Assembly: GCA_965217585.1 (NCBI GenBank)
Contig: OZ244561.1
Coordinates: 1,920,001-1,984,000 of the forward strand
Source of the DNA: Candidatus Latescibacterota bacterium
Lineage (GTDB): Bacteria > Latescibacterota > UBA2968 > UBA8231
Direction of reading: 5' to 3'
DNA: 64,000 bases
Part shown: piece by piece, positions 9,009 to 19,504 of the stretch
How the letters are laid out: each line of letters opens with the position of its first letter
How positions within the stretch are numbered: position 1 is the first letter of the stretch
Notes under the pieces: model-generated
Told to the model about the DNA's origin: nothing
Seen by the model: the letters and a program-made list of their open reading frames with translations, nothing else
The model's database searches: none
Translations under genes and position numbers: made by a program

Positions 9009-11342
9009 ATGAACTATCGACATGGTACATGGACGCTGGCGCTGCTGTTTTTCCTGACTGCCCTAGGGCAGAGCGTCGAAGCGGGGACGTACCGGATCCA
9101 GAGTCGCGCCGCCTGGAAGACCTGGAGCCTGCCCGGCGACGCGGTGGTGCTGGCAAACGATGGCAGTATCCGTCTGCGTCGCTATCGGCACAGCATCAAT
9201 GCCGCGGCCAACGCCTTCGAGTTCGAGCACCTGACCAAGGATGATGGGCTGGTCTTCGGCGGGGTGCGACGGGTGGGGTCGGGCCAGACGACGGCGTCGC
9301 GCGTCATCGACAGCGACATCACGACCTGGTGGCAACCCTCGCCAAGTGACGATCTGGAGGACCTGTGGCTCGAAGTGGATCTCGGTCGGACTGTGATCGC
9401 CAACAGAATCCGGCTGGTGTTCCCAGATACCAGCGGTGCCCGTCCCTTTCGGGACTTCACGCTGTACACCGCCGAGGGCGCACGGACCAGTCTTAAAAAC
9501 GACGTCTTCCTGTTCACCCGAATCGGCAGTACGATTGAGCCCAACACCAAGACCGTCATCGACTACGACTTGAGCATCATTGATCCAGCCGGCGCGACCG
9601 GCGCGTATCTAGCCACGGGCGACACCCTGAGCTTCAATGTCGTGCAGTATATCCGCTTCGTGGTTGACAAGGCGCAGGCTGACGCCGCCTTGGCAGAGAT
9701 CGAAGTGTGGACGCCGGGCGATAACATTGCCCTCGGCACCCTGAACCGCGGCGGCAACATCGTCTCCGGGACCGACACGGAAGGCGTCGCTAGTGTAATG
9801 GACGGCGATATGAATGAATGGTGGTCGGTGACTGCCGAGCGGGACGCGGCGGGAGACTGGGAGTTTTCGGGAGCCTGGTACGAGTGGGACCTCGGCGCGA
9901 CCTTCTGGCTCGATCGCCACGTGGCGATCAGCTTCCGCGAAGGCTTCGGCACCTCCGGCGGCGGGAGCAACCGTCAACACGGCTTCATCATGTTCACGTC
10001 CGACGGCGAAGAACTGACCGGCTTCTCAGGGGATCGCGTCGAGAGCAACTTCGACTATGAGGAACTGACCGAGGTCGACAACCTCTTGGTCGCCCCGCCC
10101 CGTTACATCTATGACTTCCAGTTCCCAATGCGGCCGGTGCGCTACGTGTTCTACCACGTGGTCAACAAGTTCAACGCGAATGGGGATCCCTACAACCACT
10201 TCATCCGGCTCTGGGAGCACCTGTGGTTCGGTGGGGGGTACCCGGCGACCGTGGAGATGACCTCCGACTACATCAACCTCGGGGCGACCAAGAGCATCAC
10301 CAGCATCGAGTGGGATCTGGACGCGCCGCCGGAAGCATCCATCGAGCTGCGCTCCCGGACGGGGGATACCTTCATCATAGAAAGCAAGTACTACAACAAG
10401 GCGGGGGTGGAGATTCCCGTTGCGCTGTGGAACAAACTGCCCAAGTCGCAGAAGCAGCCCGTCGTGGAGATCAGACGCCCTGGTTCCGACTGGAGCACCT
10501 GGAGTCGCACCTACTTGCGGTCTGGTCAACCGTTCCTCTCGCCGAGCCCACGTAGCTTCGTGCAGTTGCAGGTTCGGTTGCTCAGCGACACTCCCGACAC
10601 CGCGGCGACCCTGCGGTCTATCGCCATCAACTTCGAGGATCCCCTCCTGCGCGGCGGCGTGACCGGCCGGATCCTACCCCGCGAGGCAGGACTCGACTCG
10701 CTCCAACGCTTCGACTACCTCATCAAGCCGGCTATCGGCGCCGGGCCGGGCTTCAATCAGGTCCTCATCCTCGTGCCCCGCCCGGTCGATAATGTGACGA
10801 TCCGCATCGGGGAAAACGACGCAGAACCGATCGCCGTTGAGATGCGGGACGACTCCCTGAGCGTCACCTTGCCGACATTCAATCGCCGCGACCCGGTGAC
10901 GATCTCCTTTGCAACCCGGCTGATCGAGGCCGCGACCCGCTTCGACGCCTGGGTGCGGAATTCGGACACGGGTGTTTTGCAGGGCGTGCGAGAAGAGGAG
11001 GCGGGCCTGACATCCGTGTACGTACCCGCCGCTGCGGGGGGCCGCTTGATCCGCAACCTCGACCTGAGTCCTAACCTTGTGACGCCAAACGGAGATGGGG
11101 TCAACGATCAGCTCGAGATCCGCTTCCTCCTGACCAAGGTCCGCGCCGAACCCGACGTCGAGATCTTCTCGTTGAGTGGGCAGTTGGTTCGCGTCCTCGA
11201 GGCAGCCGATGGGATCCATGCCTGGGACGGGAGGAATCAGGCGGGCAAGTTAGTACCTCCAGGCGCGTATATCTGCCAGCTTCGCGTCTCTGCTGATGCC
11301 GGCGATGAGGTTCTGCACCGAATCATCGATGTAGCCTACTGA
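9009..11342 (+). CDS. Secreted paralogue: two discoidin-like domains plus FlgD-Ig/CHU-C domain
   Basis: Signal peptide from ATG 9009; IDSDITTWW..WLEVDLG; MDGDMNEWW..WDLG; VTPNGDGVND; WDGRN..G.LVPPGAY. Confidence 0.75.
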   Translation: MNYRHGTWTLALLFFLTALGQSVEAGTYRIQSRAAWKTWSLPGDAVVLANDGSIRLRRYRHSINAAANAFEFEHLTKDDGLVFGGVRRVGSGQTTASRVIDSDITTWWQPSPSDDLEDLWLEVDLGRTVIANRIRLVFPDTSGARPFRDFTLYTAEGARTSLKNDVFLFTRIGSTIEPNTKTVIDYDLSIIDPAGATGAYLATGDTLSFNVVQYIRFVVDKAQADAALAEIEVWTPGDNIALGTLNRGGNIVSGTDTEGVASVMDGDMNEWWSVTAERDAAGDWEFSGAWYEWDLGATFWLDRHVAISFREGFGTSGGGSNRQHGFIMFTSDGEELTGFSGDRVESNFDYEELTEVDNLLVAPPRYIYDFQFPMRPVRYVFYHVVNKFNANGDPYNHFIRLWEHLWFGGGYPATVEMTSDYINLGATKSITSIEWDLDAPPEASIELRSRTGDTFIIESKYYNKAGVEIPVALWNKLPKSQKQPVVEIRRPGSDWSTWSRTYLRSGQPFLSPSPRSFVQLQVRLLSDTPDTAATLRSIAINFEDPLLRGGVTGRILPREAGLDSLQRFDYLIKPAIGAGPGFNQVLILVPRPVDNVTIRIGENDAEPIAVEMRDDSLSVTLPTFNRRDPVTISFATRLIEAATRFDAWVRNSDTGVLQGVREEEAGLTSVYVPAAAGGRLIRNLDLSPNLVTPNGDGVNDQLEIRFLLTKVRAEPDVEIFSLSGQLVRVLEAADGIHAWDGRNQAGKLVPPGAYICQLRVSADAGDEVLHRIIDVAY

Positions 11343-11347
11343 GAGAG

Positions 11348-14005
11348 ATGGTCATGGGTATAGGTAAAAAGACTCGGTCAACGGTCATTGCAGCCGTTTT
11401 GATGTTATTAGTTCTGCAGGGGCGAGTTGCCGCTGACTTAGCGGCAGGTTTTTTCGACCCCTATGTCACGTCCGGTCCGCGCGTCTCTGCGGAGACGATC
11501 GCCCCTGTGCTGCGGAAGTGGTATCTGCCCCAGACCCTCTACCAGATGTATGAGTGGAAGAACTGGGAGTACACCAACTACGCGCGCCGCCAGTACAGCC
11601 GCTACGTGAATACCGAACTCGAGGGTGATCGCTACTACGATCTCTACGGCAACTACATCACCCGGGGCTGGCGAATTTACGAGTGGAGCCAGGCGCAGCC
11701 GACGGAGCTCGGAAGCGGCGTGTTCAAGTCGCCAGAGTTTGGCTCTTGGTTCAACCGTCTCGTGGTCTCGTCCACTTCTCAAGGGCAGTTCCATTCGTCC
11801 TTCATGGTAGGTGAGTTGATACGAACAACCCTGACACCGATGACTTTCTCGAAGCCTCTCTTTGACGGTGTCCAGTGGGATTTGGCGACGGACAAGTACG
11901 AGATGACTCTGCTGGCTTCTCGTGCCAACAATCCAGCGCCCGTGGCTATCTCGCGCGACAATCCGTCCTCGGCGACGACGGTATTCACCAATCTGCTCGG
12001 CTGGCGTGGTATCATGCAGATGGGGGACTTCCTGAAGCTTGGCGGTACCTACGTGAACGCCGGGCACTGGAACAGCAACCTCAACGTGACACAGAATTCG
12101 ATGAAGGGGACGCTCTCGGGCCGTCTGAATACGGGAAATGTCCGCCGTCTCGTCGTGCGTCTGTCCGATGATTCACCCGAGGACGGAGTCGGTGGCACCC
12201 TTCTGTACCGCGAGCGAATCTTCATCGACGGCGTCGAGCATCCGGAGATCAAGCCCCTCGTCGACGGCGGCGTACAGCGGCGGGGGCTCATCGAGGCCAG
12301 CGGTGGCGATGTCGTTCTGCTGACATACGACATCGAGCGCGACTTCTTCCCGACCCTTGAGGACTCGATCACGGATCTCAAGGAGATCCGCCGGATTGAG
12401 GTCGAGTTGGTCGTGGCCAACGATTACTTCGTGGAGATGACGTCGAACCTGCAGACGAACAACACCGGCGAGCCGGTGTTCCTGCCCCAGGCGAGGGCCG
12501 CCGGCAACATCCGGGACGGGTCGAATCAGCAAGTCCTGCGCTTCGACTATGGACTGCCGACAGCCAACGAGATCCTTGGGATGACTTTCGAGGTCTCGGA
12601 CCTGGCCGGATTCAACCTGCGAGGCGAGTTCGACCTCAACCGCCGGTTCCGCCGGTTCCCGAATGAGGGCATCACTCGCAATCAGCAACTAGCCAAGAAC
12701 CAAGCTCAGGCCTACTACGTGACGGCTTCGCAGATGCGGTATCCGTGGTTCGTCTATGGCGAAGCCTTCAGTATGGACCCCGACTATAACACGAGCATGT
12801 TCATCCCCGACTCTCGCGGCGTCGTAAACTACGAGAACGAACTCGTGTACTTGTACGAGTTCATCGACGACAACGATGACCAGGACCGGTACCCTGATTG
12901 GAAACGGCGCTACACCGGGGGCGGAAGCTCCGATACGGATTTGCAGTTCTCCGATCGCGAAGTCTTTCCCGGGTACGACGAGAACAACGATCTCGTGTCC
13001 GACTTCAACCAGAACGACAACTCCCAGCCTGACTACGTGGAGCCCTTCATTCGCTACCGAGTAGATCCGTTGGAGTTCCTGTTTGGCACGGACATGAACA
13101 ACAACACGATCATCGACCGGTTCGAGAACGACCGCGAGCCCGACTTTCCCTACAAGCGGGATCACGAGGGCTACAATGTCTACGTCGGCGTCGAGATCAC
13201 GCCGGGCAGCCGCGTGATGATCGGTCGTTTCCGAGAGGACCAGTTGGGCAGTAACCGACGCAGCAAGTCGACCTATGGCATGCTGACCTGGGCAGCAGAC
13301 TATCCAAGTCACGGCCTAGAGCTCCAGTACTTCGACTTCCTGCGGAGCGTCCAAGACAACATCCCCGACGACGTGATCATGTGGGTCCAGCCCCCTCTGT
13401 CTGGCGGCGGGATGGAGGATGTTCTCGACCCGCTGATCGCTCAGGATGCCCTGACCAACACGGCTTATCTGCAGGCCGACTACCTGCGTTGGGCACCGCT
13501 GAACCTGCACGCGAAGCTGAAGCACGAGGTCTACCATCAGCGCGGGGATCAGGGGGAAATTAATCGGGATCAGCATCTGCTCGGTCTGGTCACCAAGGCC
13601 GACTACAATATCGACATAGGTCCGCTATGGAAAATTCAGCCCAAGTGGAAACAGCTCTACATGCGCAAGACGCCCGCCCAGCGCGACCAGCTCAAAACGC
13701 AGGAGTTGGCACAGATCTTCTTCCTCGTGAGCCAGAACGAGCTTACGAATACGCTCTGGCTCGAGTCTGGCCTCGAGTACGAGATTTTCCGCAATCTCAG
13801 GTCGCGGCCGGACCCAGTACCGGTGGGCTATCTCGATGACTTCAGGCAGTTTGTGCTAGCAGCGCAGTTCACGAACGCGTCCGCCTACCTCGGATACCAA
13901 CTCACGGCGAATATCGGATGCCGCTGGGAACGGCGCGATTTCCGCGACGAGTCAGAGTCGAACACGGTGATCTTTCTGAGGATGATTGCCGGCCTCCAAG
14001 AGTGA
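11348..14005 (+). CDS. Large exported protein, probable outer-membrane beta-barrel with Asp/Asn-rich Ca-binding-like loops
   Basis: Signal peptide; alternating aromatic beta-strand pattern in the C-terminal third; DDNDDQD, DENND, DFNQNDN, DMNNN motifs. Confidence 0.55.
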   Translation: MVMGIGKKTRSTVIAAVLMLLVLQGRVAADLAAGFFDPYVTSGPRVSAETIAPVLRKWYLPQTLYQMYEWKNWEYTNYARRQYSRYVNTELEGDRYYDLYGNYITRGWRIYEWSQAQPTELGSGVFKSPEFGSWFNRLVVSSTSQGQFHSSFMVGELIRTTLTPMTFSKPLFDGVQWDLATDKYEMTLLASRANNPAPVAISRDNPSSATTVFTNLLGWRGIMQMGDFLKLGGTYVNAGHWNSNLNVTQNSMKGTLSGRLNTGNVRRLVVRLSDDSPEDGVGGTLLYRERIFIDGVEHPEIKPLVDGGVQRRGLIEASGGDVVLLTYDIERDFFPTLEDSITDLKEIRRIEVELVVANDYFVEMTSNLQTNNTGEPVFLPQARAAGNIRDGSNQQVLRFDYGLPTANEILGMTFEVSDLAGFNLRGEFDLNRRFRRFPNEGITRNQQLAKNQAQAYYVTASQMRYPWFVYGEAFSMDPDYNTSMFIPDSRGVVNYENELVYLYEFIDDNDDQDRYPDWKRRYTGGGSSDTDLQFSDREVFPGYDENNDLVSDFNQNDNSQPDYVEPFIRYRVDPLEFLFGTDMNNNTIIDRFENDREPDFPYKRDHEGYNVYVGVEITPGSRVMIGRFREDQLGSNRRSKSTYGMLTWAADYPSHGLELQYFDFLRSVQDNIPDDVIMWVQPPLSGGGMEDVLDPLIAQDALTNTAYLQADYLRWAPLNLHAKLKHEVYHQRGDQGEINRDQHLLGLVTKADYNIDIGPLWKIQPKWKQLYMRKTPAQRDQLKTQELAQIFFLVSQNELTNTLWLESGLEYEIFRNLRSRPDPVPVGYLDDFRQFVLAAQFTNASAYLGYQLTANIGCRWERRDFRDESESNTVIFLRMIAGLQE

Positions 14006-14078
14006 GAGGCATGCCGCTGCGTTTGGTTGACTACCTGCTGCCCAACCTAGTGGACTCCTAGCAAAATTCAGGGGGCGT

Positions 14079-15872
14079 TTGCACCTGCCAGCCAAAGTGA
14101 TCGGACCCCCGCCAAGCCGCCGACAGCCCGCCAGTTGGTTGTTCGGGGGGCTCCTGCTTGCCAGTCTGGTGGGAGGCGGATGTGGGGACGAGGACGCAGA
14201 ACCGGAAGCGGACGGGGACGAGCTAATTGGGGCCCAGTACGTGGACATAACCGCCGAGGCTGGGATCGATTTCTCCCACGTAAATGGAGCCAGTGGTCGT
14301 TATTATTACGTGGAGACGTACGGGTCGGGCGCTGCCTTCCTCGACTTTGATGCAGACGGTCATCAGGATCTCTACGTCGTCAACAGCGGCCCTCTGCCGG
14401 GTTTTGCGGTTGAGGGCGAGGGCGAGCCGCCGGCAAATGTCCTCTACCGCAACGACGGGGCTGGATCGTTCCAAAATGTGACAGCCGCCGCCGGCGTAGG
14501 GGATCGATCATACGGGATGGGAACATGTGCCGGGGACATCGACAACGACGGCTACGTGGACCTGTATGTCACGAACTTCGGTGCCAATGTCCTCTACCGG
14601 AACCACGGGAACGGTACGTTCACCGATGTCACCGACGACGCCGGTGTCGGTGACGAGCGCGTCGGTTCAAGCGCTGCTTTCGCCGATTGGGACCGGGACG
14701 GCGACCTCGATCTCTACGTGGCGAACTACGCCAAGTTCTCCGTGGACGCGGATCAGGCCTGTTTTCAGGGGAAGATCCGGGTCTACTGTGATCCAGCGCA
14801 ATACGAGGGAGACTCGGGCGTGTTCTACCGGAACGACGGTACCTGGCGCTTTGCCGACGTGACGCGGGAAGTGGGTGGCTACACCGAGGCGGGCCGACAA
14901 CTCGGAGTCGTCTTCGGCGACTACGATGATGACGGGGACGCGGACCTCTACGTTGCCAACGACGGCATGGCCAACTTCCTCTTCAACAACGACGGGAAGG
15001 GCTTCTTCACGGAGGTGGGAATGGTCTCGGGCGTGGCCCTGAACAATGGAGGACGTCCCGAGGCCGGCATGGGGACCGACTTCGGGGACTACGACGGCGA
15101 TGGCGATTTCGATCTGGTTGTCTGCAACTTTCAATGGGAGAACAACCGGCTCTACCGCAACGAAGGCAAGGGGTTCTTCTTTGATGCCACGGCCCTGACC
15201 CGGGTCGGCGCGGCAACGCTTCCCGTGCTGACCTTCGGGACGGATTTCTATGACTACGACAACGACGGCGACCTCGATCTTTTCATGGCCAACGGGCACG
15301 TGAACGACAAGGCCCAACTCTTTGACCAAGCCGTCACGTTCGCGCAACAGGACCAGTTGTTTCGCAACGAGGGAGACGGCACCTTCACCGACGTGACACA
15401 GCAGTCGGGGCCCGGCCTGCAATGGCAGCTCGTCGGACGCGGTGCGGCCCTGAGCGACTACGACAACGACGGTGACACGGACCTCTACGTATGCAACAAC
15501 AATGGCCCTGGTATCCTGCTGCAGAATGACGGCGGCAACCGCGGCCACTGGATCACGGTGAAGACGGTCGGTACAGTGAGCAATCGCGACGGGATCGGCG
15601 CGCGGATCACTGTGCGGGCCGGAGACCTAGTGATGATCGAGGAGGTGCGCAGCGGCAGCGGTTATCTGTCGCAGAACGATCTCAGGGTTCACTTCGGCCT
15701 AGGCGAGAGGACGATGGTCGATGAGATCTGCATCCGCTGGCCCAGCGGGATCGTACAGACGATTGGGCCGGTGCGCGTTGACCAATTCCTCATCGCCACT
15801 GAGCCGGCGGGGATAGAGCCCTATTCGGTCCACGCAGCCGGCCGAGAGCCTTCGTGTCATCCTTCCCGCTAG
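14079..15872 (+). CDS. CRTAC1/ASPIC-UnbV family FG-GAP repeat protein (probable lipoprotein)
   Basis: Repeated DYDNDGDLDLYV and FTDVT motifs; C-terminal SNRDGIGARI..SGSGYLSQND..HFGLG..IRWPSG. Start approximate. Confidence 0.9.
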   Translation: MHLPAKVIGPPPSRRQPASWLFGGLLLASLVGGGCGDEDAEPEADGDELIGAQYVDITAEAGIDFSHVNGASGRYYYVETYGSGAAFLDFDADGHQDLYVVNSGPLPGFAVEGEGEPPANVLYRNDGAGSFQNVTAAAGVGDRSYGMGTCAGDIDNDGYVDLYVTNFGANVLYRNHGNGTFTDVTDDAGVGDERVGSSAAFADWDRDGDLDLYVANYAKFSVDADQACFQGKIRVYCDPAQYEGDSGVFYRNDGTWRFADVTREVGGYTEAGRQLGVVFGDYDDDGDADLYVANDGMANFLFNNDGKGFFTEVGMVSGVALNNGGRPEAGMGTDFGDYDGDGDFDLVVCNFQWENNRLYRNEGKGFFFDATALTRVGAATLPVLTFGTDFYDYDNDGDLDLFMANGHVNDKAQLFDQAVTFAQQDQLFRNEGDGTFTDVTQQSGPGLQWQLVGRGAALSDYDNDGDTDLYVCNNNGPGILLQNDGGNRGHWITVKTVGTVSNRDGIGARITVRAGDLVMIEEVRSGSGYLSQNDLRVHFGLGERTMVDEICIRWPSGIVQTIGPVRVDQFLIATEPAGIEPYSVHAAGREPSCHPSR

Positions 15873-17389
15873 TCGTTTGTTGCATGGCAGGGGTCCTAAC
15901 CCTGCTGGCCGGGCTCGGATGCGAAACGGAGCCGGCTGACCCCGCGGTCCATCTAGCCGCCAGTCGGCAGGCCGTCGAGAGCGACCCGGACGACCTCGAT
16001 GCTCGCTACGAGTTAGGTGTGGCAGCGCTGGAGGCCGGCTCCCATCGCGAAGCGCTGGCTTACTTTGATCGCATTCTGCGCGCGGATTCGAGTCACGTCG
16101 GGTCGTGGTCTGGCACTGGCCAAGTCCTGTCCCTCCTTGGCCAGGAGGATAGGGCTATGGCTGCCTTCCGCCGTGCCCTCTCTCTTAATCCCGACGATGT
16201 GGCCGCTCACCGCGGACTGGGACTGATCGCTCTGCACCAACAGCGATACGCAGAAGCGCGCCAGTCGTATGGCCGTGCCGTCGAACTGATGCCCGGACAC
16301 GCACCGTCCCGCTACAATCTTGGAGTGGCCTACTCCAAGGCGAGCGCCTACGAAGAGGCCGTGCGTCAGATGCGGCAGGCGATCGAACTGGACGAGGAGT
16401 ATGTCCTGCCCTACATCGCCCTCGGCAGGATATACTGCGCCAAGCTGGGAGACTGTGAGGAAGGTATCCGACTTCTGCGGCAGGCGCTGGAACACCTCCC
16501 CGACGAGCCCCTGCTGCACACGGAGTTCGGTAGTGCCGAGTTGCAGCTCGGACGCGCCGATCAGGCGGTGGCGGCCTTCCAGCGGGCCCTGCGTCTGGAT
16601 TCGGTCGCCGTCGAGGCCCACGTCGGCCTCGGGACAGCGCAGGCGCAACTCGGCCAGTGGGCGGCGTCCGAGGCGGCTCTGCAGCGCGCCGTCGAGTTGA
16701 ACCCAGTCTTCCCGGAGGCTCACTATCAGCTCTCCCTGCTTTTCATGAGACAGGGCCGGACCACCGAGGCGAAACGGAAGATGGAGACTTTCGAGCGCAT
16801 CAATGTCTACTTCGATCGGATCCGCCACTACCGCTCCCTGCTGGCCGACGATGCGCGTAACGTCGATGCCCTGATCGGCTTGGGCACGATCCTATCGCGA
16901 CTCGGCATGCCGGCACGGGCGGCCGCGCAGTACGAAAAGGCACTGGCCGTTGCGCCAAGCCACGCCGAGGCCTGGCACAACTTGGGCAGCGCCTACTTCC
17001 GTCTCGGCCGGCTGGAGGAGGCGATCCAAGCCTATCGGCGGGCAGTGGACCTAGTGGATGGGTACGCCCAAGCTTGGACCAATCTGGGAACCGCGCAGCT
17101 AGTAGCGGGAGAGACGGTGGCGGCACGCAGCTCGTTTCAACGAGCCCTTGCCTTGGCACCCGATGCTGCCGATGCCTACAGCGGCCTAGGAAACGCGCAT
17201 CTACGCGAAGGGGATCCCCGTGCGGCGATCAGACGCTTCCAAGAGGCGCTGCGGCTAGATTCCGCCCTGACCAGCGGGCACTACGGCTTGGCGATGGCGT
17301 ATGGTGCGTTGGGCGATACGGTCCGGGCGGCACAGCAGCTACGGTTCTTCCAGCGATATGCAGAACTGCAGCCAGCAAGCGCGCCTTGA
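15854..17389 (+). CDS. Tetratricopeptide repeat lipoprotein
   Basis: Many TPR units (AWHNLGSAY..G..EEAI..YRRAV); LAGLG-C lipobox. Confidence 0.9.
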   Translation: MSSFPLVVCCMAGVLTLLAGLGCETEPADPAVHLAASRQAVESDPDDLDARYELGVAALEAGSHREALAYFDRILRADSSHVGSWSGTGQVLSLLGQEDRAMAAFRRALSLNPDDVAAHRGLGLIALHQQRYAEARQSYGRAVELMPGHAPSRYNLGVAYSKASAYEEAVRQMRQAIELDEEYVLPYIALGRIYCAKLGDCEEGIRLLRQALEHLPDEPLLHTEFGSAELQLGRADQAVAAFQRALRLDSVAVEAHVGLGTAQAQLGQWAASEAALQRAVELNPVFPEAHYQLSLLFMRQGRTTEAKRKMETFERINVYFDRIRHYRSLLADDARNVDALIGLGTILSRLGMPARAAAQYEKALAVAPSHAEAWHNLGSAYFRLGRLEEAIQAYRRAVDLVDGYAQAWTNLGTAQLVAGETVAARSSFQRALALAPDAADAYSGLGNAHLREGDPRAAIRRFQEALRLDSALTSGHYGLAMAYGALGDTVRAAQQLRFFQRYAELQPASAP

Positions 17390-17461
17390 ACGCCTTGTTT
17401 CTAGGCTCTGATCCGTGGTGCCACCTATCTCTGGATATAACACAGACTAAGAGGACGCAGT

Positions 17462-19399
17462 ATGGATCACGCCACACACGTGCGTCATTCGGTCTCGCTA
17501 AGAGCAGCCCTAATGGGGCTGGTTTGCTGCCTAGTGATCGCCGCGGGCGAACCATATGGCGTGCTCTTTCTGAGGGGATCCGCGCTGGCTGCCGATTTCT
17601 CCACCGGGGCGGCCCTCTGCCTCTTTCTCCTGCTCACCCTGTTGCTCAATCCCGCCGCCAGGCTGTTGACCGGTTCCCAGTTGCGGAGTGGCGAACTGGC
17701 CACCGTGTACATCATGATGATCGTGGCCTCGGCCATCCCTTCTTGGGGACTCACCATGAACCTGATTCCCCTGCTGGGAGGTTTCTTCTATTACGCCACC
17801 CCTGAAAATGAGTGGACCTCGTCAATCGTGCCGCATCTGCCCGAGTGGCTGGTTCCCACGGATCGCGAGGCCCTGTGGAAACTCTTCGAGGGAAGCGCAC
17901 GCGGCGAGGGGGTGCCGTGGGAGGCGTGGGGCACACCGCTGCTGGCCTGGTCTCTGTTCAGTACCACCATCTACTTCGTCACCCTCTGCTTGCTGGTCAT
18001 CCTGCGCAAGCAGTGGGTTGAGCACGAGCGGCTGCTGTTCCCGCTGGCCATCCTCCCCTTGGAGATGAGCACCCGGCAGGAAGATAGGTGGCTGCCGGCC
18101 TTCTTGCGCAACCCTTTGATGTGGATCGGTTTCCTGATCCCCGCCGCGATCAACAGCATCAATGCCCTGCATGCCTACTTCAACTTCATCCCCCGGATCA
18201 ACTTGAATGTTTCTCTGCCGATCCTGCGCGATTCCGTCAGTCTCAACTTCACGCCGCGGTTCGAGGTGATCGGTCTTTCCTATCTGCTCAGCCTAGACGT
18301 CTCCTTCGGAGTGTGGTTCTTCGCCTTCCTGGCCCATCTGCAAACGGGCATCGAGCGGATGATGGGCTGGAGCATCGGGCCTATCCAGCCTTTTTCCGAT
18401 CCGGGGACTCCCAGCGTCGCGCATCTGGCCCTAGGGGCTCTGTTTTTCCTCGTTGGCGCGAGTTTCTGGAATGGCCGGCAGCATCTCAGGGACGTGTTGC
18501 GCAAGGCTTTCCGAGGCGATCTGCAAGTCGACGACAGCGTCGAACTGCTCTCCTATCGGACGGCGGTGTTCGGCACTTTCCTGGGCAGTCTGCTGGCGCT
18601 GGCCTGGCTCCTAATCGCTGGTCTGAACCTGCTGCCCGCGTTGATTTTCCTGATCTCGGCCCTAGTGATCTTCGTCGGCCTGGCGCGCATCATCTCTCAG
18701 ACCGGCCTGGCCTATGCTCGGGCTCCGGTGACAGCCCCGGTTTTGACAGTCAATACCCTCGGCTCCTCGCTGGTGGGACCGGGCGGTCTGGCCATTCTCG
18801 GTCTGAACTTCGCCTGGGCAGCCGACGTCAGGACTTTTGTCATGGCTTCGGCTGCCACCGGTCTGAAGATAGCCGAGGTGATGCGCCTAGAATATCGCCG
18901 TCTGTTTTGGGTGATCATGGTGGCTATCGTTGCCAGCCTCATCGGTTCGATCTGGTCCGTCGTCACGCTAGCCTATACCTATGGAGGAATTAATCTGGAT
19001 GGGTGGTTCTTCAATGGTCTGTCCCACTATGCCGGCGACTGGATCACCCGGAACATCAACAATCCCCAACCGATACACGGTTGGCACTTGGGGTTTGCCG
19101 GAATCGGGGCGGTATTGATGGGCTGCATGACCTACATCAAAAGCCATTTCGTCGGTTTTCCCATCCATCCAGTGGGCATGGCTCTCGGCCTGACGGCACC
19201 TATCTACCAAGTGTGGTTTTCCATTTTCATCGCCTGGCTCCTCAAGGTTTTCATCCTCAAATACGGCGGTGTTAAGCTCTATCGGCATCTGCGTCCATTC
19301 TTTTTAGGTATGACGCTGGGGATGTTTACCTCGGCAGGGCTGTGGCTGATTATCGATTTCTGGAACGGCATGTCGGGGAATCGCCTTACCGTGGGATGA
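17462..19399 (+). CDS. DUF6785/DUF6784-type polytopic membrane protein (putative OPT-like transporter)
   Basis: YYATPENEW, LRKQWVEHERLLFPL, FPIHPVG, ILKYGG..Y..LRPFFLG; many TM segments. Confidence 0.75.
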   Translation: MDHATHVRHSVSLRAALMGLVCCLVIAAGEPYGVLFLRGSALAADFSTGAALCLFLLLTLLLNPAARLLTGSQLRSGELATVYIMMIVASAIPSWGLTMNLIPLLGGFFYYATPENEWTSSIVPHLPEWLVPTDREALWKLFEGSARGEGVPWEAWGTPLLAWSLFSTTIYFVTLCLLVILRKQWVEHERLLFPLAILPLEMSTRQEDRWLPAFLRNPLMWIGFLIPAAINSINALHAYFNFIPRINLNVSLPILRDSVSLNFTPRFEVIGLSYLLSLDVSFGVWFFAFLAHLQTGIERMMGWSIGPIQPFSDPGTPSVAHLALGALFFLVGASFWNGRQHLRDVLRKAFRGDLQVDDSVELLSYRTAVFGTFLGSLLALAWLLIAGLNLLPALIFLISALVIFVGLARIISQTGLAYARAPVTAPVLTVNTLGSSLVGPGGLAILGLNFAWAADVRTFVMASAATGLKIAEVMRLEYRRLFWVIMVAIVASLIGSIWSVVTLAYTYGGINLDGWFFNGLSHYAGDWITRNINNPQPIHGWHLGFAGIGAVLMGCMTYIKSHFVGFPIHPVGMALGLTAPIYQVWFSIFIAWLLKVFILKYGGVKLYRHLRPFFLGMTLGMFTSAGLWLIIDFWNGMSGNRLTVG

Positions 19400-19504
19400 G
19401 GCTGAAGCGCGAAGTCAAACAGAAGACGGAAAGTCCATAGCCGACCGCAAGATCGCGGCACTTGGCCAAAGAGCGGGATCTGTACTTGGGGCTTTAAGTA
19501 GGAG

